Origin: a virus | Taxonomy: Duplodnaviria; Caudoviricetes | Direction: 5' to 3' (one strand) | Length of the DNA: 61,361 bases | Virus record (IMG/VR): IMGVR_UViG_3300030333_005476 | Coordinates: 1-61,361 of that record | Part shown: piece by piece, positions 7,658 through 18,300 of the stretch | Layout: each line of letters begins with the position of its first letter | Position numbering within the stretch: the stretch's first letter is position 1 | Translations under genes and position numbers: made by a program | Notes under the pieces: generated by a model | Databases searched by the model: none | What the model was told of the DNA's origin: nothing | The model's input: the letters and a program-made list of their open reading frames with translations, nothing else

Positions 7658-8752
7658 ATGGATGAATTATCTCTAGAGCAAAGGCACATGAATGCCTTGC
7701 AACTCTGGCAGGAGAGAGGAGAAGAAAATCCCCCTTCCCTAGCGGAGCTTATTGCCGTAGCCTACCCCGACAGAGACAACATCGACGGCAGAACAAAAGA
7801 AGCAAGAGAACTCAAGGCGTATCTGGCCGAGCATGGCGTGTCAGCAGATGGAGCTCATGTTTACCACGCTAAAGTTATAGAGCTTTCTGACTCGGATAAA
7901 GAATTTATACAAAACAACGCATCTTTAATGAGTTCTGTACACCTAGGCCAAACTTTATACCAAGACAACACCTTAACAAACCTACATGCAGAAGTTAGAG
8001 CTATTAACGAATACATAAAGACTTTAGATGTTAGTGTGACCGTGGCTCAGGATACTGGCGACATACCCGACACAAACGAATACGTACCCCCAAAATCATT
8101 TGACAAAACTGTGCTCCGGGCCAACCAATACATATCACCCAAAATTGAAAAGAAAAAAATAAGCCCCAAAATTAGAAGAGGTATAGAAGCCTTGATGGGT
8201 TATCTTAATACTTATAGATTTGTGCATCAAGTACAAACTTATACCACCACTACAGACAGAACTTTATTTGAGAGTTCTTTTATTCGATACACATATGACA
8301 AAGCTGATTTAACACAAGAAGAAGTTGATCAGTATATTGTTTTAGCCACGGAGGTTGTTATCGGCTCCACCATTCAAGCTAGGTCGGAGAGACTGCAACA
8401 GCTATTGGACGTATCAGCAGAAGATACAGAGGGCCGTAGAGTTGCGATGGGGCTAGTTAACGCTATCAGCGCAGCGCAGACGGAGTATAACCAATGCGTT
8501 GGCCGACAGCACAAACTGCTTAGTGATCTAAAAGAAAAGAGATCAGACAAACTCAAGAACCAAATCAAAGCAAACGCTAGTATTATTAATCTAGTAGAAA
8601 TGTGGAAAGAAGAGGAGTCTAGGAAAAAACTAATTAAACTGGCAGAACTTAGAAAGAAAGCGGTTAAGGATGAGATTCAAAAGCTCTCCTCAATGGATGA
8701 GGTCAAGGCTAGGATAATGGGCCTGGGGGAAGACGAGGTGCTGAATGGTTAA
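7658..8752 (+). CDS. Helical/coiled-coil protein upstream of the packaging genes (possible small-terminase function)
   Basis: Long ORF; the function is suggested by position only. Confidence 0.6.
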   Translation: MDELSLEQRHMNALQLWQERGEENPPSLAELIAVAYPDRDNIDGRTKEARELKAYLAEHGVSADGAHVYHAKVIELSDSDKEFIQNNASLMSSVHLGQTLYQDNTLTNLHAEVRAINEYIKTLDVSVTVAQDTGDIPDTNEYVPPKSFDKTVLRANQYISPKIEKKKISPKIRRGIEALMGYLNTYRFVHQVQTYTTTTDRTLFESSFIRYTYDKADLTQEEVDQYIVLATEVVIGSTIQARSERLQQLLDVSAEDTEGRRVAMGLVNAISAAQTEYNQCVGRQHKLLSDLKEKRSDKLKNQIKANASIINLVEMWKEEESRKKLIKLAELRKKAVKDEIQKLSSMDEVKARIMGLGEDEVLNG

Positions 8753-9680
8753 ATGCGCCGTATGTGGAAAAGAGTTTGAAACCGATAGGCAACTCCACGC
8801 CCATCTAAAAGCTCACAAGCTAAGGGTTGCCGAATATTACCAAACCTATTATGCCCGTTATGATAAACATGATGGGTCTATAATCAAATTTAAAAACAAA
8901 GACCAATATTTAAGTTCTGATTTTAATTCACGAATCACCCTTAAAAAATGGCTTAAAGAAGCAACCGAACAAGATGCCAAACAATACTGCACAGAGCTTT
9001 TAGCTAATCGTAAAGAAAAGAAAGATTTAACATATGCACCTACTCAGGTAGAACTTAGAACTATATTAAGTCCCCCAGTACATTACTATAACGATCTATT
9101 TGGTAGCTACTATGAACTGTGTCAGTCATTAGGTTATAAGAATAGATTCCATAACCCTACAAAAATTATATATGGAAAAATTGATGATGATCCAAATCAT
9201 AAAATATACATAGACACCAGAGAAAAACTGCCCCTTAAATTCAAGGGACTAGAAACAGAGGTTAAAACTTTAAAGTTTGGAGACTATGCTTTAAACAATA
9301 AAGAGATGACTTGTAATTGCTATATAGAAAGAAAAGGTATAGGAGATTTCATAGGCACTCTTAGTGGTGGTTATGACAGATTCACGCGAGAGATTGAAAG
9401 GGCTGCGGAAGCCGAGGCCCAACTGATCGTGCTTGTAGAAGAAAGCCTCAGCAATTGCATGGGATTCAATTACCTTCCTCATGTATACAAAAAAACTAAA
9501 GTGACTCCAGATTATATATTCCACAATGTTAGGAAGTTGATTCAAACTTATCCACATATACAATTTTTATTTGTCAAGGGCCGGGTCGAAGCCTCAGAAA
9601 CAATAAAGAAAATATTTGCATGCGACTGCGCCTATAAAAAAATTGATTTACAATTAGCCTACGACACTAAAACGCTATAA
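8745..9680 (+). CDS. C2H2 zinc finger fused to an ERCC4/XPF-type nuclease
   Basis: CAVC...HLKAH; IDTRE...GDY...IERK..DF...RF.RE. Confidence 0.85.
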   Translation: MVKCAVCGKEFETDRQLHAHLKAHKLRVAEYYQTYYARYDKHDGSIIKFKNKDQYLSSDFNSRITLKKWLKEATEQDAKQYCTELLANRKEKKDLTYAPTQVELRTILSPPVHYYNDLFGSYYELCQSLGYKNRFHNPTKIIYGKIDDDPNHKIYIDTREKLPLKFKGLETEVKTLKFGDYALNNKEMTCNCYIERKGIGDFIGTLSGGYDRFTREIERAAEAEAQLIVLVEESLSNCMGFNYLPHVYKKTKVTPDYIFHNVRKLIQTYPHIQFLFVKGRVEASETIKKIFACDCAYKKIDLQLAYDTKTL

Positions 9681-11500
9681 TGTGGTACTGTCCCCAAAAA
9701 TACGACAAAGAGTTCCCCAACCTGAACAAAGAGTTCCTAGGGATAAAGGGGGAGCTTCATGATAAAGAGGCTAAAATATCTTTGGCTAGATTTTTAAGAG
9801 CCAACCTAGGGTTTACTACTGAACTTATTTCTGGACTAAAGCTTGCTCCATTTCAAGAGATAACTTTAAAAGGCATGCTTAATAGAAATTTTTCTATGTG
9901 TGTGTGGGGTCGTGGTTGTGGTAAAACCTTTATCGCTTCTGTTTTCTGTTTCCTACAGTGCTTGTTTGAACCTGGAACTAAAATACTCATTGCTGGCCCG
10001 ACCTTTCGTACTGCGCGGTTTATTTTTAACCATCTAGAGAAATTAGTGGAATCTAAAGAGGCCGAGTTATTAGCTCAATGCTTTGGGGCCAAAGCCAAGC
10101 GCAACGATCAATTTGAATGGTTAATTAACGGAGGCTCTATTACCGCTATCCCTCTTAATGGAGAAAAGATTCGTGGTTTCCGTGCCAACGTATTGGTGCT
10201 TGATGAGTACCTGCTTTTGCCTGAAGATATTATCACAACAGTATTGATGCCCTTCTTGGTTGCCCCTCAAAACATGAAAGAGCGCTTGCAGATAAGGGAG
10301 ATGGAAGACAAGCTTATACAAGACGGCCACTTAAAGGAGGAGGACAGATTTGTTTTCGAAAATACCTCCAAAATGATCGCGCTGTCTTCAGCTAGCTACA
10401 CCTTTGAAAATCTTTACCGTCAATACAAAGAGTGGATGGAAAAAATTTACAGCAAAGACGACGGTGACGCTACTTACTTTATTTCTCAAATGGGATACGA
10501 ATCTTTACCTACGGAAATGATCGACCCAACTATTATTGAGGAGGCCCAAAGCGGTGGGCAAAGTCATTCTAGTTTTCAGCGTGAGTATTGCGCTCAGTTT
10601 ACTGATGGCAGCGACTCTTACTTCAGCGCAAAGAAGATGCATCAATGTACTGTGCCTGACGGAGAGTTTCCTACTCTAAAAATAAAAGGCGACAAAGGAA
10701 AAAAATATATATTAGGTATTGACCCATCTTTTTCTAATAGTCCAACTTCTGACTTTTTTGCTATGGCTGTAATGGAATTGGATGAAGAGAATACATACTC
10801 CTCTACGTTAGTGCATAATTACGCTGTGGCTGGCGCAGACTTAAAAGATCATATAGCTTACATGGATTACGTTACTGACGCATTTGATTTAGAAATGATA
10901 ATCATTGATAATGCTGGATTTCAATTCATAGACTCCTGCAACGAAAACTCCGCCTTTCACAAAAAGCAAATTAAATTCTTCGATTTTGACTCGGACAAAG
11001 AAGGGGTTGACTACGAAAAGATGTTGCGAAAATCTAGAAGAGCTTACAACAAACAAAATGGAGCTAAATGTTTTAAGCAGGTGTTTACCACCAATTTCAT
11101 CAGAAACGCAAACGAATATCTTCAGGCGTGCATCGACCATAAGAAGCTTTGGTTTGCTTCGAGAATATCCCCTGCCCCCGACGCTTTCAATACAGCGGTC
11201 AATCAAAAAGTAAAGATGAGATTCAAAAACGGTGAAACTATACTTGACTTAATCGAAGAACAGGATAACCTTATATATCAGACCAAGAAGCAATGCACCC
11301 TGGTTGAGGTTAAGAGCACTGCAAAGGGAGTTCAGACATTTGACCTTCCCCAGCACTTAAAACGCGACACAACGCAAAATAGAGCCAGAAAAGATAACTA
11401 CACGACATTAATGTTGGGAAATTGGGCTGTTAAGTGTTATTATGATTTGATAGCGGTGAATGATGACTCTGGAGAAACATTTATGCCCAAAATGCTTTAA
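9680..11500 (+). CDS. terL: Terminase large subunit
   Basis: Walker A GRGCGKT, IRGFRA, Walker B VLVLDE, FQREYCAQF, RNase H-fold LGIDP, C-terminal KDNY. Confidence 0.93.
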   Translation: MWYCPQKYDKEFPNLNKEFLGIKGELHDKEAKISLARFLRANLGFTTELISGLKLAPFQEITLKGMLNRNFSMCVWGRGCGKTFIASVFCFLQCLFEPGTKILIAGPTFRTARFIFNHLEKLVESKEAELLAQCFGAKAKRNDQFEWLINGGSITAIPLNGEKIRGFRANVLVLDEYLLLPEDIITTVLMPFLVAPQNMKERLQIREMEDKLIQDGHLKEEDRFVFENTSKMIALSSASYTFENLYRQYKEWMEKIYSKDDGDATYFISQMGYESLPTEMIDPTIIEEAQSGGQSHSSFQREYCAQFTDGSDSYFSAKKMHQCTVPDGEFPTLKIKGDKGKKYILGIDPSFSNSPTSDFFAMAVMELDEENTYSSTLVHNYAVAGADLKDHIAYMDYVTDAFDLEMIIIDNAGFQFIDSCNENSAFHKKQIKFFDFDSDKEGVDYEKMLRKSRRAYNKQNGAKCFKQVFTTNFIRNANEYLQACIDHKKLWFASRISPAPDAFNTAVNQKVKMRFKNGETILDLIEEQDNLIYQTKKQCTLVEVKSTAKGVQTFDLPQHLKRDTTQNRARKDNYTTLMLGNWAVKCYYDLIAVNDDSGETFMPKML

Positions 11501-11532
11501 TAAGCGTGTAATTTAAACTGAATTTTATTGTT

Positions 11533-13557
11533 ATGGCAGGTACAAGGAAAAAAACTAAAGAGGTAGAGGAGTGTGTCCCCCTGATGACAACGGCGGGGGA
11601 GATAAAAGCTTCGACAGCTTCCACGAGTAATAGGACTCGTAGGAATAGAGCTTCCACGATCTCTAGGACTGATAAATACAAAAACATTGACGACGGTCTA
11701 ATCCCATACAAATACTCTTCTGGCGGGGTAAACAACAAATCAAACGTAGATGTAAGAGACGTTGTTATCTTGTGTCAAAAAGCTTATTATAATTTTTCGT
11801 CTTTTCGAAATGTGATCGATTTGATGACTGAGTTCTCTGTGGGAGACATTTACTTTACTGGCGGTAATAAAAAATCCAGAGACTTTTTCGAGGCGTTTTT
11901 TAAGAAGATCAATTTATCATCTTTAACGGATAGATTCTTCAGGGAGTATTATCGCTCTGGTAACGTGTTCCTGTATAGATTTGACGCAAGCACATCAGGT
12001 TCGGATGCTCTTAAAATCACTCAAACATATGGAGCGAAAAAGAAAAGGAGCATGAAGCTCCCAGCCAGATACATAATTTTGAATCCAGCCGATATTCAAA
12101 TGGGTGGCACCGCATCATTCCACGCTGGAACTTATTATAAGATACTATCTAATTACGAGCTGGAAAGATTAAGAAACCCAAGAACAGAAGAAGACAAGCA
12201 GCTTCTATCTGGGTTGTCTCCTGAAGTTAGAAAGCTTATCAAAACTAAAAAGGCCTCCACGGTCTTGATGGAGATAGATAAAGAAAAAATCAACGCGGTT
12301 TTTTATAAGAAGCAAGACTATGAGCCATTCGCTGTTCCTATGGGCTTCCCAGTTCTAGAAGATATCAACTGGAAGGCCGAGCTAAAGAAAATGGACATGG
12401 CAATCACACGCACCATGCAGCAAGCCATACTCTTGGTTACTATGGGTGCAAAACCTGACGATGGTGGAGTAAATTACAAACAGCTACAGGCCATGCAGCA
12501 GTTGTTTGAGAATGAGTCTGTAGGCAGAGTTCTTATTGCTGATTATACTACTCAGGCCGAGTTTGTGGTTCCAAAGATTGCAGACCTTTTGGACCCCAAG
12601 AAATACGAAGTAGTTGATAGAGATATCCAGTTGGGTTTGAATAACATTCTGGTGGGCGAAAGTAAATACGCAAATCAAAACGCTAAAGTAGATTTGTTTA
12701 TCTCTAGATTGAATCAGGGTAGAAAAATATTCTTAAATGACTTCTTAATCCCTGAAATAAAAAGGATCGCTAAAGAAGTAGGCTTTAAAAGTTACCCAAC
12801 ACCACAATTCCAAAAGATGTCCCTCAAAGACAACACTAATTTGTTGAGAATTTATGGAAGACTTATTGAAGTCGGAGTCTTAACTGCTGAAGAAGGTATT
12901 GAAGCTATCGAAACAGGAAGATTACCTAAACCTTCTAATTCCGTAGACTCTCAAAAAGAATTTAAGAAACATAAAGAAGAGGGTCTTTACGAACCCATTA
13001 TGGGTGGACCACACACCCAAGGTGTTTTAGCTGACAAACAAATAGATAGTCAGCACGAAATTCAAAAACTGAGCTTAAAGTCTCAGGAAAAACAGTCCCG
13101 CGAAAAAGCTAAAGAAGCTGCCAAGAATCCACCTAACCTGCCTGGTGGACAAAAGGATGCGGGACCCCCTGCTGGCCGACCTGAAGGTACACCCCAAGAC
13201 CAGAGCAATAAGTCTCCTATTGGAGACGGTGAACAGTCAAGGTACGCCAGCTTTAGTTTATCTAAGGTAACAGAAAACATGACCGCTGCTAACAAGGTAT
13301 TTAAAGCAGTTGAGTCTGAGCTAAGGAAAGTTCACAAGATTAAAAGAATGAGCGCTCAGCAAAAGAAGATCGCTGAAGAAGTGGCCTGTTTAATTATTGC
13401 GAACGAGGAAGTAGGAAACTGGGAAAAGAGTGTTAACAAATACGTCAAAAAGCCTGTTGACCATAACCCAGAAAGAATAAAGGAAATAAGGGAAATTGCT
13501 GTCGAGCATCAAGTTGACGATTATCTAGCTAGTATACTTTACGCCAGCAAAAAATAG
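11533..13557 (+). CDS. Portal protein
   Basis: Follows terL; size and helical pattern (YYRSGNVFLYR, PFAVP) fit a portal. Confidence 0.8.
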   Translation: MAGTRKKTKEVEECVPLMTTAGEIKASTASTSNRTRRNRASTISRTDKYKNIDDGLIPYKYSSGGVNNKSNVDVRDVVILCQKAYYNFSSFRNVIDLMTEFSVGDIYFTGGNKKSRDFFEAFFKKINLSSLTDRFFREYYRSGNVFLYRFDASTSGSDALKITQTYGAKKKRSMKLPARYIILNPADIQMGGTASFHAGTYYKILSNYELERLRNPRTEEDKQLLSGLSPEVRKLIKTKKASTVLMEIDKEKINAVFYKKQDYEPFAVPMGFPVLEDINWKAELKKMDMAITRTMQQAILLVTMGAKPDDGGVNYKQLQAMQQLFENESVGRVLIADYTTQAEFVVPKIADLLDPKKYEVVDRDIQLGLNNILVGESKYANQNAKVDLFISRLNQGRKIFLNDFLIPEIKRIAKEVGFKSYPTPQFQKMSLKDNTNLLRIYGRLIEVGVLTAEEGIEAIETGRLPKPSNSVDSQKEFKKHKEEGLYEPIMGGPHTQGVLADKQIDSQHEIQKLSLKSQEKQSREKAKEAAKNPPNLPGGQKDAGPPAGRPEGTPQDQSNKSPIGDGEQSRYASFSLSKVTENMTAANKVFKAVESELRKVHKIKRMSAQQKKIAEEVACLIIANEEVGNWEKSVNKYVKKPVDHNPERIKEIREIAVEHQVDDYLASILYASKK

Positions 13558-13569
13558 GGTTATATATGT

Positions 13570-15354
13570 ATGAGTACCCAAGACGCCTCGCAACAAAAAA
13601 ACAGGGTAGTATACAATGTTCAAGACCTGTTCTTCGGACTGCGTAGCGGAGAAATTAATTCTCCTTACGTTACTGGCTCCAACGGAGAAGAAGTAGAAAT
13701 CCTCAAAAGGATTCATAAAGTACAAAGTGTTTCCTATGATTTTCAAGTCCAACGCCAAGACATAGGCGTTTTAGGCAAATCTAACTTCGACGAAAACATA
13801 GTAACCAATCCACCCGATATTAATGTAACAGTAACCCACTCATTGGAGGGCCTAAACAATGAGCAGAAAATGGGCTTTAACGTTTTAACTATCGGTTCTT
13901 CAACGGCGGCTAATAAAGAGTTTTCTTTTCCTTTTATGGATGGAAAAATTAAGCAGCAGAATATTTATTTAGCGGTCAATCAAGACAGTTCCGACATTAG
14001 GGAGACCCAAAGACCTGCCGTCCAAATATCCAACTTGATCGGCTCGGGTAGGTTTAGAGAGTTGTCTCACGAGGGCACGCAAAACATGGGGCTGATTGTC
14101 TTCCAAAATTGTTACGCTTCAAATTACTCAATGGACGTAACCTTGGGTAGCTTTCCGAAAGCGGACGTCTCGTTTTTGTCAGACAACGTGATCTATTTAA
14201 ACTCTGCGTCTGGGCAGTACGTGCCTTGGCTGGACACTAAAACAGCTACATCATACAATAAGAAAAATAATATAGGCGGCGATACTGAGTTTATTGTTCC
14301 GGGTAACTTCACCAGAGAGAACCCGCATTTTAATCCTAATTATACATTTAAACCCTCCGACGCGCAATTTACAATATCCACTAGAACTTCGCCTCAAGAT
14401 ACTTTGCAGAAGTGGGATTTTGAAAACGACACCCTGTTGACAAGCCACGTAGGAACCCAATCTATAGACTCATCAAACTCCTACATAGGAACCAAGTCGT
14501 TAAAAATTGAGACTCAGGCATCCGCTCAAGACGGTGCTAGGGGTAGCGTAAAAACAACTCTCCCATCAATGGAAATTAATAAGGCTTACGTATTTACTAT
14601 GTACGTCAAAACGGATAGCACTAGCGATATAGACGTTACTATCTCGGCTAAAAATGCTGATGGCTCCACTAATGAGTTCAACACGCATGAGACTGTAAAA
14701 TTTAATGATGGATGGACGAAGATAAAGAAAACATTTACGCTGACTTCTTATAAAGATACTTTATTTATCTCTACTACGGCTGCAAACGTAAACCTATGGA
14801 TTGACGAATTAGTTTTGGCCAGAGAGCCAGAGAATCCGCCTCTTAAATTTCATACCGATTTGATGCAATCATTTCAGCTTAACATACCTTTGAATAGGCA
14901 AAATATTTCATGCATGGGTCATAAGTATTATGCAGATAGATCACTTAGTTTACCCGTTAAAACTACTTACTCTATTAATATGTTGTCTCAGGATTTAGAG
15001 TTTCCTGTAACCGTAGAAGGAGAGGATAGGCGCGGCAACTTCCTAGACAACCTAAGGAAAGATGAGGAGTACGATGTATTTTTAACATTTATAGACAGTG
15101 GAGCAAGAGAGGGCATGAAGTTCAGAATACTAGGCAGCAAATTCGAAGGGGTTAGTTATGGACTAGACGTTGACGCACCAAAGACCACGACAATTAACTT
15201 TAGCATGTCAAATGATTATGATTATAATCGGAGTGTAATATCAGCAGAGGGCCGAGGCCTATTTATCCTTGACTTCTTGGTGAATGACTCCTTAATACCT
15301 TTAACAGATGATGACGGCAATACTTTTGCTGATCAGTATCCATTTAACTTTTAA
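13570..15354 (+). CDS. Tail-tube-like paralog with inserted carbohydrate-binding-like domain
   Basis: Shares NRV.Y, VQ...Y.F...RQD....G, NE...GF and G.FP motifs with 55031..56212; insert WDFEND...GTKSLKI...GWTKI...WIDEL is CBM4/9-like. Confidence 0.7.
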   Translation: MSTQDASQQKNRVVYNVQDLFFGLRSGEINSPYVTGSNGEEVEILKRIHKVQSVSYDFQVQRQDIGVLGKSNFDENIVTNPPDINVTVTHSLEGLNNEQKMGFNVLTIGSSTAANKEFSFPFMDGKIKQQNIYLAVNQDSSDIRETQRPAVQISNLIGSGRFRELSHEGTQNMGLIVFQNCYASNYSMDVTLGSFPKADVSFLSDNVIYLNSASGQYVPWLDTKTATSYNKKNNIGGDTEFIVPGNFTRENPHFNPNYTFKPSDAQFTISTRTSPQDTLQKWDFENDTLLTSHVGTQSIDSSNSYIGTKSLKIETQASAQDGARGSVKTTLPSMEINKAYVFTMYVKTDSTSDIDVTISAKNADGSTNEFNTHETVKFNDGWTKIKKTFTLTSYKDTLFISTTAANVNLWIDELVLAREPENPPLKFHTDLMQSFQLNIPLNRQNISCMGHKYYADRSLSLPVKTTYSINMLSQDLEFPVTVEGEDRRGNFLDNLRKDEEYDVFLTFIDSGAREGMKFRILGSKFEGVSYGLDVDAPKTTTINFSMSNDYDYNRSVISAEGRGLFILDFLVNDSLIPLTDDDGNTFADQYPFNF

Positions 15355-15356
15355 CT

Positions 15357-18300
15357 ATGGCTATTAAAATTAGAAACGTAGAAAATTTGACGCTCGGTAA
15401 ACCCGATACTGGAGCGGCTAATAGTAATGTAGCTATAGGTATAGAGGCCGTGGATACCACGGAGTTTGAGCTTGCAATATCAAGACCTATTCAAGAGCAA
15501 AAATTTCAATTCGCTATCAACAACGAAGGCGTGGCTGATGGAACTAATTACGGCGGCATCGCGTTTACTCAGGGGGCTTCTGCTGAAACCATCATGGCTT
15601 CGATCAAAGTGGACTATACTGATACTGATAATTATCCCAATTTAGTATTTGGCACTAGGAGTACAAGTGACGCTTTAACTATACTAGATGATGGAAGCGT
15701 CAGCACTAATGGCCGTCTTGACGTTAACCATGAGACGGTAAAGCTGTATAATAGCGCAAACACTAACAATACTTATTTCTTTGCCGAAAATACTGGCGCT
15801 GGTAACGCTGGCTTAAAATTAAAAAACAGTCAAGGCGAATTTACCATTATTGCTAATGATAGACTGAGGTTTATAAGTGATGATAGCCCGACTACTGAAG
15901 TGCTGTCTCTTCACCCAAATGGAAATGTTGGCATAGGCACGGGGTCAAGTACGGCTGACGATATTCTACACGTTAATAAATCGGGTGGCGCAGTGCTTAG
16001 ATTAACCGATAGCGCTGCAAGTTCTGACGGAGACAAGATTGCTTCAATCCAAGCTGCGGTTGGTACTGGAACGTTTTTTGCGGGAATTAACTTTTATAGG
16101 CACGATGCGAATGATGGAGAAATTAGACTAAGACAAAAAGTGGCGAACACAAATACCGATGTGATGACATTGGTTGATGGGAAAGTTGGCATAGGCACGG
16201 GGTCGAATACGCCGCAGCAAACATTAGATGTTCGAGGCAACGCAAATTTCGAAGCAACAAACGCAAACATTACAATCAATGCAACCTCATCTTATCCGTT
16301 TATCAACTTTGAGGAGAACGGTACGATTAGATTCCAGCAAGCGTATGATGTTGCAAATGATTTAGCGTATTTTGTATGTAATCAAAGTAATTCGGAAATG
16401 TGGTTTGGCGTTAATAACGCTGAAGTAATGAGACTAAGTGATGGCAAAGTTGGCATAGGCACGGGGTCAAACGCGCCCTTAGACAAGCTTAACGTCTGGG
16501 GAGACCAAATCAGCGTTAGCCAAAACATAGTTTCGAGCTCTACATATGACTGGTTGGCTTTACGAAGCAATAGAACCATTGATGATTACGGAGGTCTTAA
16601 CGCGGAATATGCAAAATTGTATTTTAAGAGTATAACAGGTAGTCATTATTCTGGTTCTTTACATTTTTCAATAAAACAAGGAATTAATTCTTCTGCCGCG
16701 ATGACAGACGTAATGTCTCTGTGGCACAACGGAAAAGTTGGCATAGGCACGGGGGCAAATACGCCAAACGAAATATTACATGTAATGGCCGCTGGGTCGG
16801 GTTCATCGGGATATAATAGTGCTGTGGAAAGAGGTATACTAATTACTGATAATTTGGGGCCACGACTTGTTTTCGAAGACATTGGCGAAGGCGTTGGCGA
16901 TAAGGTTATCTCTTTGAGAAATGAAGACCAATGTTTGAAAATTGCCTCGATGTCGGATTCTGGAAGCGCTTATGATGTTGATAATATACTGGTAGTTCAC
17001 AGGGATGGAAATGTTGGCATAGGCACGGGGTCAAGCGCGCTGACAGAAGAATTAGAAGTTGACGGAACAGTTAAAGCTACATTATTCAAAGGCCAATTTC
17101 AAGGCGGCGGTGGCGCTGGTGGTGGAGGTCGAGCGATATTCAACGCTCAAGACAATATAGAAAACGGCAATTTAGAAATCTTTACGAACGGCAATACAGA
17201 AAACGGTGGTGATGCCGTTACGTTTGTTACCGATAATAATACCTCTTCTCCTTACGGTAAAGTAGCTAGAGTAGACAGCCTATACGAAAAACAAGCTGTT
17301 GATTTTATTCCGGTTCAGCCGGGCGTTGCTTTAGAAGGCGAAATTTGGTATAGCATTCCATCCAACGATAACGGCGCGCAAGGAAGTATATTTTTTGGAA
17401 TATCTCGATACGATAAAGATAAAAAACTTATATCTGGAAACGTTGGTCTTAGTTATTTTGCTAGTCAAACTCAAGTCAAAGATAGTAATTGGCATAAAGT
17501 CAGCGGCAACATAACTCTACCCACTTCTCATACCCCTTACAACGGTTCTGACGGGGGGCCTGTTAGATACATCAAACCCTACGTCATAGTTAACTATAGC
17601 GGAGGCACTCAAGCTGTAAGCTTTGGCGGTATGTATATCGCCAGAAGAAAAGCCATTACGATTGGGGCAACTCAAACTCTGGGAAGCGAAACTCCGGGTC
17701 AATTAATAGCAGAAACAAATAGCTTTACTAGAAGCTCTGACCTTTTCACGTTCAACGGGAAGATTTCTCAACACCTCCACGAACAGCAAACAGGAGCGGG
17801 AGAATGTAACTGTTGGACGCTTAAAGATATAGACCCATTGATAACATATGATAGTAATAATAATCCTACTTCTGGATTTAACATTACCCCAGAGACTTCA
17901 AACCATGACGTTGCAATCATTGGCAGCGAAAACCAAACTCCAGTTCTTAAAATAAACAAAGAAGGTTTAATTGTTGGCTTTGGAGTTAGAAATACAGTCG
18001 GCACAGGTTCCTCTGGAGGAGTAACCGCCGCTAAGCTAGTTACAAGCGGTGAGCTTTATACGAACGCTACGTTTGGTAGTCAAGTAGAAGACAATATTAC
18101 TCCAGTAAATGGTAAAATTACTTTAAACTTATTCCTTAAAGACTCTGCTTTTGCCTCGGCTGACCATAATCATAATGCCAGTTACGGCGGAAGTCTTGCG
18201 GTAGGCTCTGGAGCAAACGCAAACAAGATTGGGCTTCTCGCCGCAGATGGCACCACCACCTTGGGAAGTTACATTACCGTTCCTTACGCGACCACGGCTG

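Noticed and set aside
15927-17032. CRISPR array
   Set aside because: The repeats are in-frame coding sequence with about 260-290-nt spacing, and there are no cas genes.
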